Below, one piece after another: positions 41,001 through 49,937 of a stretch of 49,937 nucleotides of DNA (its first letter is position 1; every line of letters starts with the position of its first letter). The notes below the pieces were generated by a model, which was not told where the DNA came from, searched no databases, and saw nothing but the letters and a program-made list of their open reading frames with translations. The translations under genes and the position numbers were made by a program. Source of the DNA: an uncultured Clostridia bacterium (GTDB lineage Bacteria > Bacillota > Clostridia > Oscillospirales > Ruminococcaceae); assembly GCA_947175655.1 (NCBI GenBank), contig CAMWNQ010000001.1, positions 1-49,937 of the forward strand, given 5' to 3'.

Positions 41001-42875
41001 CAAATAAGTGCCGTTGTTTTCAAAGTAAACCTGATACCATATAAGGAAAATAAATACAGTCCAGATTTTTCTGCTGTTATCAGCTTTACTGTCTCTGTGT
41101 TCATCAAGGAGCTTTACAAGAAGTTCTGTATTAAAAAATTTCTTTGAGCTTTCGTTTTCAAAATAGGAACGTACTATATTATAATATTTATCCTCTTTAA
41201 GCCATACTCTTATCGGTACAGGAAAACCTAACTTTTTCTTTGCAGCGGTTTTGGCGGTCTGACTAGGAGTATCTTTCTTTGCAGCAAGACGCATTGCATA
41301 TTTTGTAATATAAGGAGTATCTCCGTTTGATGAAGCTGTATGTGATACTCTATAACGGCGTGGAATTCTTTGTGCAAGTGACATAACCTGCTTATCAAGG
41401 AACGGTACACGGAGTTCAAGAGAGTTCGCCATACTCATCTTATCAGCTTTGAGAAGAATATCGCCTGCCATCCAGAGATGAAGGTCAAGATACTGCATTT
41501 TTGTTACATCATCTTTACCTTTTACATTATCATAGAAAGGCTTTGTAATTTCCATAGGGTCAGGAGCTTTTGTCTTTATTTTGAGAAGAGCTTTTCGCTG
41601 TTCAGGAGTAAACATATAGGCGTTACCAATAAATCTTTCCTCAACGTCCTTACCCTTTCTCACAAAGAAGTTCACGCCTCTTTTAGCAGGAAGTTTCTGT
41701 GCTATATTTCCGATACCCCTTTTAATAGCTCTCGGGAGTCTGTCATAAGCAGTACCGTCGGGGTCACTGTATACATTATATCCGCCAAAGATTTCGTCTG
41801 CACCCTCTCCGGAAAGTACTACTTTGAGTTTCTTTGATGCAATATTACATACAAAATAGAGGGCTATTGCAGAAGGGTCTGCAAGTGGTTCGTCCATATG
41901 ATACTGTATCTTTGAGATGTTTCCCCAATATTCTTCGGGAGATATTACTTTACTGTTATTTTCTTTTCCGATAGCCTTAGAAAATTCCTTTGCCCAGCCT
42001 ATCTCATTATATTTTTCATCTTTTCCGAATCCGACAGTAAATGTCTTGTCAACATCAGCGATTGCAGCAACATAACTCGAATCTACTCCGCTTGAAAGGA
42101 ATGAACCTACTTCAACATCGGCAATTTTATGTGCCTTTACGGAATCGTGAAATACATCTGATATTTCCTTTACCCAGTCATTGAGCTGAGGTTTTTCGTC
42201 AGCATCAAATTTTACGTCCCAGTATCTTTTTATTACGGTTTTTCCGTCTTTATGTATCAGGTAGTGTGCGGGCGGAAGCTTATATACATTTTCAAAAAAC
42301 GTCTCATTTGTCGGGGAATACTGGAATGTAAGATAATTTTCAAGTGCAGAAGTATTAAGTTCCTTTTTAAAATCAGGATGTTCAAGAAAACTTTTTATTT
42401 CTGAACCAAACATAAAAGTTTTATTCATCTGTGCATAGTAAAAAGGCTTTATACCAAAGAAATCTCTGGCACCAAAAAGCTCCTTTTTATTTTTATCCCA
42501 TATTACAAATGAAAACATTCCTCTGAGCATATTAAGAAGCTCTGCACCGTATTCCTCATAACCGTGTATGAGAACTTCCGAATCAGTATTTGTTCTGAAT
42601 TTGTGACCTGCATCTATAAGCTTCTTACGTATATCCATAAAATTATATATCTCGCCATTGAATACAAGCACCATTGATTTGTCTTCATTATATAAAGGCT
42701 GGTCGCCCTGAGATGTTACATCAATAATACTAAGTCTTCTGTGTCCAAGAGCTATATCACCGTCGATATATTTTCCGTCAGCATCAGGACCTCTGTGCCT
42801 GATTCTGTTCATCATATTTTCTATGACAATATTTGAATTATCAATAAAATTAGTAAAGCCTGTATATCCACACAT
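40989..42875 (-). CDS. asnB: asparagine synthase (glutamine-hydrolysing) family amidotransferase
   Basis: MCG N-terminal nucleophile, HRGPD, HRRLSIID, FNGEIYN, LSSGVDSS, SGEGADE.FGGY, LELRVPFLD. Confidence 0.95.
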   Translation of the reverse strand: MCGYTGFTNFIDNSNIVIENMMNRIRHRGPDADGKYIDGDIALGHRRLSIIDVTSQGDQPLYNEDKSMVLVFNGEIYNFMDIRKKLIDAGHKFRTNTDSEVLIHGYEEYGAELLNMLRGMFSFVIWDKNKKELFGARDFFGIKPFYYAQMNKTFMFGSEIKSFLEHPDFKKELNTSALENYLTFQYSPTNETFFENVYKLPPAHYLIHKDGKTVIKRYWDVKFDADEKPQLNDWVKEISDVFHDSVKAHKIADVEVGSFLSSGVDSSYVAAIADVDKTFTVGFGKDEKYNEIGWAKEFSKAIGKENNSKVISPEEYWGNISKIQYHMDEPLADPSAIALYFVCNIASKKLKVVLSGEGADEIFGGYNVYSDPDGTAYDRLPRAIKRGIGNIAQKLPAKRGVNFFVRKGKDVEERFIGNAYMFTPEQRKALLKIKTKAPDPMEITKPFYDNVKGKDDVTKMQYLDLHLWMAGDILLKADKMSMANSLELRVPFLDKQVMSLAQRIPRRYRVSHTASSNGDTPYITKYAMRLAAKKDTPSQTAKTAAKKKLGFPVPIRVWLKEDKYYNIVRSYFENESSKKFFNTELLVKLLDEHRDSKADNSRKIWTVFIFLIWYQVYFENNGTYLTNL

Positions 42876-42990
42876 ACTTCTGCCTCCCGTAAAAATTGTT
42901 CCAGATTTTTTCTTCTGTAATCTGCCTAATATATTATACTACAATTTTACTGGCATTGCAACAGAAAAAATAAAAATGCAAAATATAATA

Positions 42991-43019
42991 TTGACTTTTT
43001 TTCAGAAATATATTATAAT
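42991..43019 (+). promoter_or_regulatory. sigma-A promoter for greA-lysS
   Basis: TTGACT (42991-42996), 17 nt, TATAAT (43014-43019). Confidence 0.8.
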
Positions 43020-43105
43020 GTAATTCATAATTATAAATTCACAATGCATAATTATGCATTAAATTAATTTTGGAAAGGAAAAGCTATTCAGAAATATATT
43101 ATAAT
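43001..43105 (+). repeat. 19-bp perfect direct repeat flanking a lattice array
   Basis: TTCAGAAATATATTATAAT at 43001-43019 and 43087-43105. Confidence 0.9.
43022..43060. repeat. 7-bp lattice array in greA leader
   Basis: AATTCAT AATTATA AATTCAC AATGCAT AATTATG CATT; perfect palindrome AATGCATAATTATGCATT at 43043-43060. Confidence 0.92.
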
Positions 43106-43132
43106 ATGTGTTTTTAATAGCAGGTTTTTATT

Positions 43133-43606
43133 ATGGCAGTAAAAAAACAAATGTCAGCTGAAGCTTTTGAAAAACTTGAAAAAGAGCTTTCATATCTCGT
43201 AACAGTAAAGCGTGCAGAGGTTGCACAGAAACTTAAAGAAGCCCGTTCTTTCGGAGACCTTTCTGAAAATGCTGAATATGATGAAGCAAAAAACGAACAG
43301 GCTATTCTTGAAGCACAGATTTCTGAACTCCAGTATAATATTGATAATGCTGAAATCGTTGACAATGACAGCATTTCTGTTGACGAAATCGGTATGAGTT
43401 CAATTATGAAGATAAGACGTGTCGGTTCAGATAAAATAGAAACTTTTACAATCGTCGCATCAAATCAGGTAAATGTAAAAGAAGGTAAGATTTCAGACGA
43501 ATCGCCTCTCGGAAAATCTGCCCTCAAAAAGAAAGTCGGAGATGTATTTATAGTAAATGCACCTATAGGCGAAATGGAATATGAAGTTATCGAAATATCA
43601 AAGTAA
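43133..43606 (+). CDS. greA: transcription elongation factor GreA
   Basis: ARSFGDLSENAEYDEAKNEQ, KISDESPLG. Confidence 0.97.
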   Translation: MAVKKQMSAEAFEKLEKELSYLVTVKRAEVAQKLKEARSFGDLSENAEYDEAKNEQAILEAQISELQYNIDNAEIVDNDSISVDEIGMSSIMKIRRVGSDKIETFTIVASNQVNVKEGKISDESPLGKSALKKKVGDVFIVNAPIGEMEYEVIEISK

Positions 43607-43632
43607 TATTACGCAAAGGAAAGATTGTATTT

Positions 43633-45207
43633 ATGAGTGAAATCAAGAACAATATCCCTGAAGAACAGACTGAACAGGATATTAATATTTTAAAGAAAAT
43701 CAGAATTGAAAAGCTTGATGATTTGAAGTCAAGAAATCTAAATCCATATGAAATAACAAAGTATGATGTTACTGCTAAAAATGCTGATTTAAAATCACAG
43801 TATGAAGCTGATGAAAAGAAAATCATTGAAGAAGCTCAGGGTGATGAAGAAAAAATTACAGCAGGTCTCGAAAAAATAAAAGAAAAGAAAGTCAGAATCG
43901 CCGGCAGAGTTATGAGCTGGAGAAATATGGGCAAGGCTAATTTTATTGATGTCCGTGACGGTTCAGACAGAATTCAGATTTATGTACGTTCAAATGATAT
44001 CGGTGCTGAAGAATTCAAGGAATTCAAAAAATGGGACATCGGCGATATAGTTGGTGTTGAAGGATTCGTATTCAGAACAAAAAAAGGCGAAATCTCTATA
44101 CACGCACTTAAAATAGTTCTTCTTTCAAAATCACTTCTTCCGCTCCCTGAAAAATGGCACGGACTCAAAGACCAAGATATGAGATACCGTCAGAGATATG
44201 TTGACCTTATAGTAAATCCGAATGTAAAGGATACTTTCCAGAAGAGAAGTCAGATTTTACGTGAAATAAGAAACTATCTTGACAATATGGGATATCTTGA
44301 AGTTGATACTCCTGTACTTCATACTCTTGAAATCGGTGCTGCTGCAAGACCTTTCGTTACTCACCATAACGCCCTTGATATTGATATGTACCTCAGAATA
44401 GAAACAGAACTCTATTTAAAACGTCTTGTTGTTGGCGGATTTGAAAGAGTTTATGAAGTAGGCCGTATTTTCAGAAATGAGGGTATGGATACTTCACATA
44501 ACCCTGAATTTACTTCTGTTGAAATGTATCAGGCTTACACCGACTATATAGGTATGATGGATATTATCGAGGATATGTACAAGACTATTGCAAGAAATGT
44601 CTGCGGTACAGATGTAATAACCTATCAGGGTACTGAAATTGACCTCGGCAAAAAATGGGAACGTCTCACAATGGTTGAGGCAGTAAAGAAATATGCCGGT
44701 GTTGATTACAACGACTGGGCTACTGATGAAGATGCAAGAGCCTGTGCAAAGGAAAAAAATGTTGAAGTTGATGAGGGTGAAAATGCTACAAAGGGTCACG
44801 TACTTATAGCATTCTTTGATGCATTCGTTGAAGATAAGCTCATACAGCCTACTATTATATATGATTATCCTGTTGAAAACTCTCCTCTTGCAAAGAGAAA
44901 ATCTTCAAATCCTGCTTTCACTGAAAGATTCGAATACTTTATATATTGCAGGGAAATGGGAAATGCCTTCTCAGAACTCAATGACCCTATCGACCAGAAG
45001 GAAAGATTTGTAAAACAGGTTGAAGCAAAACGTGCACAGGGTGCTAATGCAGAAGTTGATGAAGATTTCGTAACAGCTCTTGAATATGGTCTTCCACCGA
45101 CAGGCGGTCTTGGATTCGGACTCGACAGACTTGTAATGCTTCTTACAGATAGTGCATCAATAAGAGATGTTCTTTTATTCCCGACAATGAAACCAATGAA
45201 CAATTAA
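43633..45207 (+). CDS. lysS: lysine--tRNA ligase (class II)
   Basis: YRQRYVDL, GAAARPF.THHN, YLKRL.VGG, FRNEG, HNPEFT, YGLPPTGG.G.G.DRL. Confidence 0.98.
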   Translation: MSEIKNNIPEEQTEQDINILKKIRIEKLDDLKSRNLNPYEITKYDVTAKNADLKSQYEADEKKIIEEAQGDEEKITAGLEKIKEKKVRIAGRVMSWRNMGKANFIDVRDGSDRIQIYVRSNDIGAEEFKEFKKWDIGDIVGVEGFVFRTKKGEISIHALKIVLLSKSLLPLPEKWHGLKDQDMRYRQRYVDLIVNPNVKDTFQKRSQILREIRNYLDNMGYLEVDTPVLHTLEIGAAARPFVTHHNALDIDMYLRIETELYLKRLVVGGFERVYEVGRIFRNEGMDTSHNPEFTSVEMYQAYTDYIGMMDIIEDMYKTIARNVCGTDVITYQGTEIDLGKKWERLTMVEAVKKYAGVDYNDWATDEDARACAKEKNVEVDEGENATKGHVLIAFFDAFVEDKLIQPTIIYDYPVENSPLAKRKSSNPAFTERFEYFIYCREMGNAFSELNDPIDQKERFVKQVEAKRAQGANAEVDEDFVTALEYGLPPTGGLGFGLDRLVMLLTDSASIRDVLLFPTMKPMNN

Positions 45208-45279
45208 CAATTCATAATTAAGAATGCATAATTATAAATTAAGAATGCACCAATTATGCATTATGAATTATAAATTAAT
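45195..45279. repeat. longest 7-bp lattice array, includes last lysS codons and stop
   Basis: AATGAAC AATTAAC AATTCAT AATTAAG AATGCAT AATTATA AATTAAG AATGCAC c AATTATG CATTATG AATTATA AATTAAT (12 units, one 1-bp slip). Confidence 0.95.
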
Positions 45280-45287
45280 AAAAAAGG

Positions 45288-45327
45288 GGGGTACACTGCA
45301 TTTTTTCAGAAAAATACGGTGCACCCC
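45288..45327 (+). terminator. imperfect stem-loop after lysS
   Basis: ggggtacactgcattttt / aaaaatacggtgcacccc; weak T-tail. Confidence 0.45.
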
Positions 45328-45348
45328 TGAATTTTAAGGTGATTTTTT

Positions 45349-46248
45349 ATGGAAGAAAATAAAAAAAATACTCCCCAAGATGATGAAAAGGCAAAAGTCG
45401 GGGAAAAAAGTGTATTTGATGTCCTGAAAGAACAGCGTAAACAGCAGAAACATCAGCAGATGGAATTTGAAAGTAAGATGGCTGAAAAAATCGCTGAGGA
45501 AAAAGAAAAAGAACGCCGTGAATACGAAAAAAAACTACAGAATGAAAAAATAGAACTCCTCCGCATAAAACAGACCAATGCAGAGGAGAGCGATATACTT
45601 CCGATAAATCAGAAGGACGAGGAAATACAGCTTACATTCGGGAAAAAAATTGTAAATTTCTTTTATCTGAATAAATGGTGGCTGGGACTTTTTGCAATGT
45701 TTACAGTTATTGCCGGATTTCTTATATATGACTATGCCACAAAGAAAAATCCGGATATGATACTTCTTTACTTTGAAGAAAATGAAAATATGGACTTGCT
45801 TGCTATTAATGATTATCTGGCAACATTATGTGAGGATTTCAATGACGACGGCAAAGTTCTTTCTGATGTTTATTACATTCCATACACCGGAAACGACCAG
45901 AAAGACTATTCAAGCGGAGCTTCTACAAAAATTCTGGCAGAAATGCAGTCCGCTGAAGCAATGATTGTAATATGCAATAAAAAATCAGAAGAAACTATTA
46001 ACCCTGAATATAATCTTGTAAATCTCGAATCGCTCTATCCTGATAACCCACTTGTAGAAAAATACGGATTTTATCTTAAAGACTCAAAGTTTGCCCAAAA
46101 AATAGGATATGCCGGAGAAATCAATGATGATTTATACCTCGGAATCAGAAAACCTCAGGAACTTGCTTGGGCTTCTCAGAAAGAAATGCAGGAAGTTTAT
46201 GATGATGCTATAATAGTTCTCGACAGAATGATTCAGGACTTGTCCTAA
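45349..46248 (+). CDS. hypothetical single-pass membrane protein
   Basis: charged coiled-coil N-terminus, NFF..NKWW + TM, DFNDDGKV Dx[DN]xDG-like loop; 4-bp 3' overlap with hemW. Confidence 0.8.
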   Translation: MEENKKNTPQDDEKAKVGEKSVFDVLKEQRKQQKHQQMEFESKMAEKIAEEKEKERREYEKKLQNEKIELLRIKQTNAEESDILPINQKDEEIQLTFGKKIVNFFYLNKWWLGLFAMFTVIAGFLIYDYATKKNPDMILLYFEENENMDLLAINDYLATLCEDFNDDGKVLSDVYYIPYTGNDQKDYSSGASTKILAEMQSAEAMIVICNKKSEETINPEYNLVNLESLYPDNPLVEKYGFYLKDSKFAQKIGYAGEINDDLYLGIRKPQELAWASQKEMQEVYDDAIIVLDRMIQDLS

Positions 46249-47339
46249 AAAATCAGATACTCAATAATAGAATTTGATATTAAATATCCCTCAGGCGTAA
46301 GGGATATTTTTTTTTCGTCAAAGTTTATATATCCGGCATTTATAAGATTTTGTATTTTTGGGATTATCTCCGGATATGAAAATCTTTTGCCATATATCTC
46401 AAGACCTTCTTTTAGCCTTAGTCGGAGCATTGCATACTCCTTTTTTCCGCAGGGATTTTCATCAGTCACATATATATCCTGAACCGGACTTTTTATAAAA
46501 CTTTTGATATCCGGTTTTACAGCAAATCTTTTATTTCCAAAGCAAGAATGTGATGACGTTCCTATTCCGAGATAATCTTCACACTTCCAGTATTTATTAT
46601 TGTGAATGCTCTGAAATCCAGACTTGGCAAAATTCGATACTTCATATTGTATAAAACCTTTTTTTTCAAGTGCACTTACCATAAACAAGTACATATCTGA
46701 TATATAATCATCATCAGGAAGTGAATTTATAATATCCGGAGTATTGAAAGCTGTATTTTCCTCAATCTTTAATATATATGATGATATATGGGTTACGGGC
46801 AGTTCCGAAAGTTTTTCTATAGTATATCCGATATTATCAATATTCTGACCTGCCACGCCTATCATCATATCACAGGATATATTTCTGAATCCGACATTTA
46901 CTGCATCTGTAACTGTATTTACTGCTTTTTCTGCTGTATGAGTTCTGCCCAGTGTTATGAGTTCGGACGGTACAAGCGACTGTACTCCCACTGAAAGTCT
47001 GTTTATTCCCATATTATAGAAATCTCTTAATTTCTGACTGTTTACTGTATTGGGATTGACTTCAATAGTAATCTCCGGATTTTCAGACACTTTAAAATTT
47101 ACATTTAAAGCATCAAGTATTCTTTCTATGCAGTCAGCAGGTATAAGAGAGGGAGTGCCTCCGCCGAAATATACTGTATCAATAATATTTTCACTGTTAC
47201 CATAATATATCAGATTTCTTATAACAGCATCAGTATATTTTAAAACGAGTTCTTTGCTGTAACTAACAGAAAAGAAATCACAGTAGGGGCATTTCTTTGC
47301 ACAAAAAGGTATATGAATATATATCCCCAGATTTTTCAT
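46245..47339 (-). CDS. hemW: radical SAM heme chaperone HemW (HemN-like)
   Basis: YIHIPFCAKKCPYCDF, YFGGGTPS, YEVSNF, HN.KYW; downstream of lepA. Confidence 0.92.
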   Translation of the reverse strand: MKNLGIYIHIPFCAKKCPYCDFFSVSYSKELVLKYTDAVIRNLIYYGNSENIIDTVYFGGGTPSLIPADCIERILDALNVNFKVSENPEITIEVNPNTVNSQKLRDFYNMGINRLSVGVQSLVPSELITLGRTHTAEKAVNTVTDAVNVGFRNISCDMMIGVAGQNIDNIGYTIEKLSELPVTHISSYILKIEENTAFNTPDIINSLPDDDYISDMYLFMVSALEKKGFIQYEVSNFAKSGFQSIHNNKYWKCEDYLGIGTSSHSCFGNKRFAVKPDIKSFIKSPVQDIYVTDENPCGKKEYAMLRLRLKEGLEIYGKRFSYPEIIPKIQNLINAGYINFDEKKISLTPEGYLISNSIIEYLIF

Positions 47340-47653
47340 TAAAAACCGTTCTTTCTCTGGGAAACGTCAAGCTTGAAGAAAAATGCATTCACAATCCTAG
47401 GCACAAATATTATAGCAAGCAATGCCGGAATAATCCACAAATCAAGTGTATTAAGAAATGCATATACTATAAATGCAAACATTGCAAAACAAAATACTGC
47501 ATTAAATATAGTTGCACCTTTTCCATTAGCGATTCTCTCTCCGCATTTGGGACAAGGTCTGCCTTTTGAATTAAGCTGTCCAGCGAGTGCCTTTGTAAGA
47601 GGAGTGAAAGTTTTTTCCCCACAGCACGGACATTTATATATACTGTCTTTCAT
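47339..47653 (-). CDS. small CxxC...CxxC zinc-finger membrane protein
   Basis: CPCCG...CPKCG followed by two TMs; stop overlaps hemW ATG (TAATG). Confidence 0.8.
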   Translation of the reverse strand: MKDSIYKCPCCGEKTFTPLTKALAGQLNSKGRPCPKCGERIANGKGATIFNAVFCFAMFAFIVYAFLNTLDLWIIPALLAIIFVPRIVNAFFFKLDVSQRKNGF

Positions 47654-47664
47654 ATAAAAAACTC

Positions 47665-47976
47665 CTACTTTCTTTTAAATATTATATCATCAGGAAAAAG
47701 TTCTGTATCTGTAAAGTCTAAATCCTGTACACTTTCAGCTTCATTATCAATCATAAGTCTGTAAGTTGCAAAGCAGTTTTCCTGATATGGAAGTCTAAGT
47801 ACTTCAAATTTATCGGCACTTTCAATGTTATTTTTTTCAAGTGTATTCAGCCACTTCAAAGCCTTGTCAACAGATTTGAGATTTTTAAGATTTATGATTC
47901 TGTCAGTATCCTGTTTTTTCAATTCGTTCACAATTTCTTTTCTTTTATCGTTCAATATATCTATGACATATTTCAT
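47665..47976 (-). CDS. hypothetical protein
   Basis: 103 aa ORF with GTGGTGA RBS, co-oriented between lepA and hemW. Confidence 0.65.
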   Translation of the reverse strand: MKYVIDILNDKRKEIVNELKKQDTDRIINLKNLKSVDKALKWLNTLEKNNIESADKFEVLRLPYQENCFATYRLMIDNEAESVQDLDFTDTELFPDDIIFKRK

Positions 47977-47997
47977 AGAAAATCACCACACTTTAAT

Positions 47998-48032
47998 AAT
48001 TCATAATTATGAATTCTTAATTATGCATTTAT
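47998..48032. repeat. 7-bp lattice array directly after lepA stop
   Basis: AATTCAT AATTATG AATTCTT AATTATG CATTTAT. Confidence 0.92.
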
Positions 48033-49841
48033 TTAACTGTCGAGTTTAAGAACGCTCATAAATGCTTCCTGAGGTACTTCAACTGAACCTAACTGACGCA
48101 TTCTCTTTTTACCTTCCTTCTGTTTTTCAAGAAGTTTCTTTTTACGTGTAATATCACCGCCATAACATTTTGCAAGTACATCTTTACGCATAGCCTTGAC
48201 TGTTTCCCTTGCGATAATCTTTCCACCGATAGCAGCCTGTATCGGTACTTCAAAGAGCTGACGGGGAATATTCTCCTTGAGTTTTTCAGCAATTTTTCTT
48301 GCTCTTGCATATGCCTTGTCAACGTGTACGATAAATGAAAGTGCATCCACTATCTCACCGTTCAGAAGTATATCAAGTTTGACAAGCTTTGATACTGCAT
48401 ATCCCATAAGTTCATAATCAAATGACGCATAACCCCTTGTTCTTGATTTAAGTGCATCAAAGAAATCATAAACTATCTCATTCAGCGGAAGTTCATAATG
48501 AAGACTTACACGTGTATCATCAAGATACTTCATATCTCTGAAAATACCTCTTCTTTCCTGACAGAGTTCCATAATATTTCCGACAAATTCTGAAGGTGCA
48601 AGAATGTCAGCTTTTACCATAGGTTCTTCCGCAGTCTGGATTAAAGCAGTATCAGGATAGTTGGTTGGATTGTCTATATATATGACTTCTCCGCTTGTAA
48701 GAGTAACTTTATATATAACTGACGGCGCAGTAGTAATCAAATCAAGATTGTATTCACGTTCCAGACGTTCCTGTATGATTTCCATATGAAGAAGTCCAAG
48801 AAATCCGCATCTGAAACCAAACCCGAGAGCTATTGACGTTTCAGGCTCAAATGAAAGTGAAGCATCATTAAGCTGAAGTTTTTCAAGTGCATCACGCAAA
48901 TCACCATATTTTGCACCATCTGCCGGATAGATACCGGAATATACCATAGGATTTACTTTTCTATATCCTGCAAGTGCCTCATCGCAGGGATTTTCAGCAT
49001 TAGTTACTGTATCGCCTACTCTTGTATCGCCTATGCTCTTTATAGATGCAGAAAGATATCCAACTTCTCCGGCATAAAGTTCTCCGGAATTTACAAGCGA
49101 TGATGCATCCATATGACCTGCTTCAACTATGGTAAATTCTGCACCTGTTGACATAAGCTTTATAGTATCACCTGTTTTTACTTTTCCATCCATAACCCTG
49201 ACATATATTATAACTCCCTTATATGAATCATAATAACTGTCAAAAATAAGTGCTTTCAAAGGCTTTTCAGTATCTCCGGACGGTGCTGGAATGTCAGTAA
49301 CTATCTTTTCAAGGACTTCCTCTATATTAAGACCAGTTTTTGCTGATATTTTCGGAGCGTCCATTGCCGGAATTCCTATGACTGACTCAATTTCACTGCA
49401 TACACGTTCCGGTTCTGCTGATGGCAAATCTATTTTATTTACTACCGGTACAACTTCCAAATCATTTTCAATAGCAAGATAAGTGTTTGCAAGGGTCTGT
49501 GCCTCTATTCCCTGAGAAGCATCAACTACAAGTATTGCTCCCTCACACGCTGTCAGTGAACGTGATACCTCATAATTGAAGTCAACGTGTCCAGGGGTGT
49601 CAATTAGATTAAATATATACTCTTCACCGTCTTTTGCAGTATATTTAAGTCTTACTGCACGTGCTTTTATGGTGATACCTCTTTCACGTTCAATATCCAT
49701 ATTGTCAAGAAGCTGTTCTTCCATATCACGGACAGCTACTGTCTCAGTCTTTTCAAGTATTCTGTCAGCAAGAGTTGACTTGCCGTGGTCTATATGTGCA
49801 ATTATACAGAAATTGCGTATTTTATCATTCGCTTTAGCCAA
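48033..49841 (-). CDS. lepA: translation elongation factor 4
   Basis: [61 protein letters not shown]; TTG start at 49841 after GAGG (track start 49901 lies in adapter artefact). Confidence 0.97.
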   Translation of the reverse strand: MAKANDKIRNFCIIAHIDHGKSTLADRILEKTETVAVRDMEEQLLDNMDIERERGITIKARAVRLKYTAKDGEEYIFNLIDTPGHVDFNYEVSRSLTACEGAILVVDASQGIEAQTLANTYLAIENDLEVVPVVNKIDLPSAEPERVCSEIESVIGIPAMDAPKISAKTGLNIEEVLEKIVTDIPAPSGDTEKPLKALIFDSYYDSYKGVIIYVRVMDGKVKTGDTIKLMSTGAEFTIVEAGHMDASSLVNSGELYAGEVGYLSASIKSIGDTRVGDTVTNAENPCDEALAGYRKVNPMVYSGIYPADGAKYGDLRDALEKLQLNDASLSFEPETSIALGFGFRCGFLGLLHMEIIQERLEREYNLDLITTAPSVIYKVTLTSGEVIYIDNPTNYPDTALIQTAEEPMVKADILAPSEFVGNIMELCQERRGIFRDMKYLDDTRVSLHYELPLNEIVYDFFDALKSRTRGYASFDYELMGYAVSKLVKLDILLNGEIVDALSFIVHVDKAYARARKIAEKLKENIPRQLFEVPIQAAIGGKIIARETVKAMRKDVLAKCYGGDITRKKKLLEKQKEGKKRMRQLGSVEVPQEAFMSVLKLDS

Positions 49842-49886
49842 ATTCGATAACCTCATTTCAATTATTGTTTCAGATGGTATTATAAC

Positions 49887-49937
49887 CGGTCGCTTGTACA
49901 CATCTCGGGGCCCACGAAACCGTACGAGACGGGGTAT
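49887..49937 (+). other. sequencing artefact: Illumina Nextera adapter read-through (mosaic end + i7 index + P7 start)
   Basis: 40/51 ungapped identity to CTGTCTCTTATACACATCT-CCGAGCCCACGAGAC-CGTACTAG-ATCTCGTAT; 9 of 11 mismatches are to G; at window end. Confidence 0.93.

Noticed and set aside
43020-43632. T-box or lysine riboswitch ahead of greA-lysS
   Set aside because: No Stem I, T-box or L-box motifs are present, and the greA-lysS gap is only 26 bp.
45195-45279. Lattice arrays as CRISPR arrays
   Set aside because: The period is only 7 bp with 3-nt variable parts from a small alphabet; there are no unique 25-45 nt spacers and no cas genes.
49842-49937. GC-rich structured RNA or N-terminal LepA extension upstream of lepA
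   Set aside because: The GC-rich part is Nextera adapter, and LepA homology begins at the TTG at 49841 with an RBS.

Overview
This is a low-GC, gene-dense chromosomal segment. Gene content and sigma-A-type promoters suggest a spore-forming Clostridia member, probably Ruminococcus/Oscillospiraceae-like (inference). It carries about 51 CDS, mostly housekeeping: fhs, tsaE, tsaB, rpiB, upp, pyk, pcrA, pheST, ribD-ribE-ribBA-ribH, pdp, type III glutamine synthetase, pyrG, pdxK, pyrB, asnB, greA, lysS, hemW and lepA. It also has a MoxR/DUF58/transglutaminase cluster, a sortase operon, and a four-gene cluster ending in a bofA-like gene. Cis-regulatory RNAs are a Phe T-box, an FMN riboswitch and a probable ANTAR attenuator. 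I found no rRNA, tRNA, transposase, phage gene, cas gene or CRISPR array. The most striking unexplained structure is a family of at least 14 short extragenic arrays on a strict 7-bp lattice (AATT/AATG/CATT plus a variable triplet, with both orientations mixed in register). They sit at gene 3' ends, often supplying the stop codon, or just after promoters, and two sit where orphan ORFs interrupt conserved operons. The last 51 bp are an error-laden Illumina Nextera adapter, not genome.
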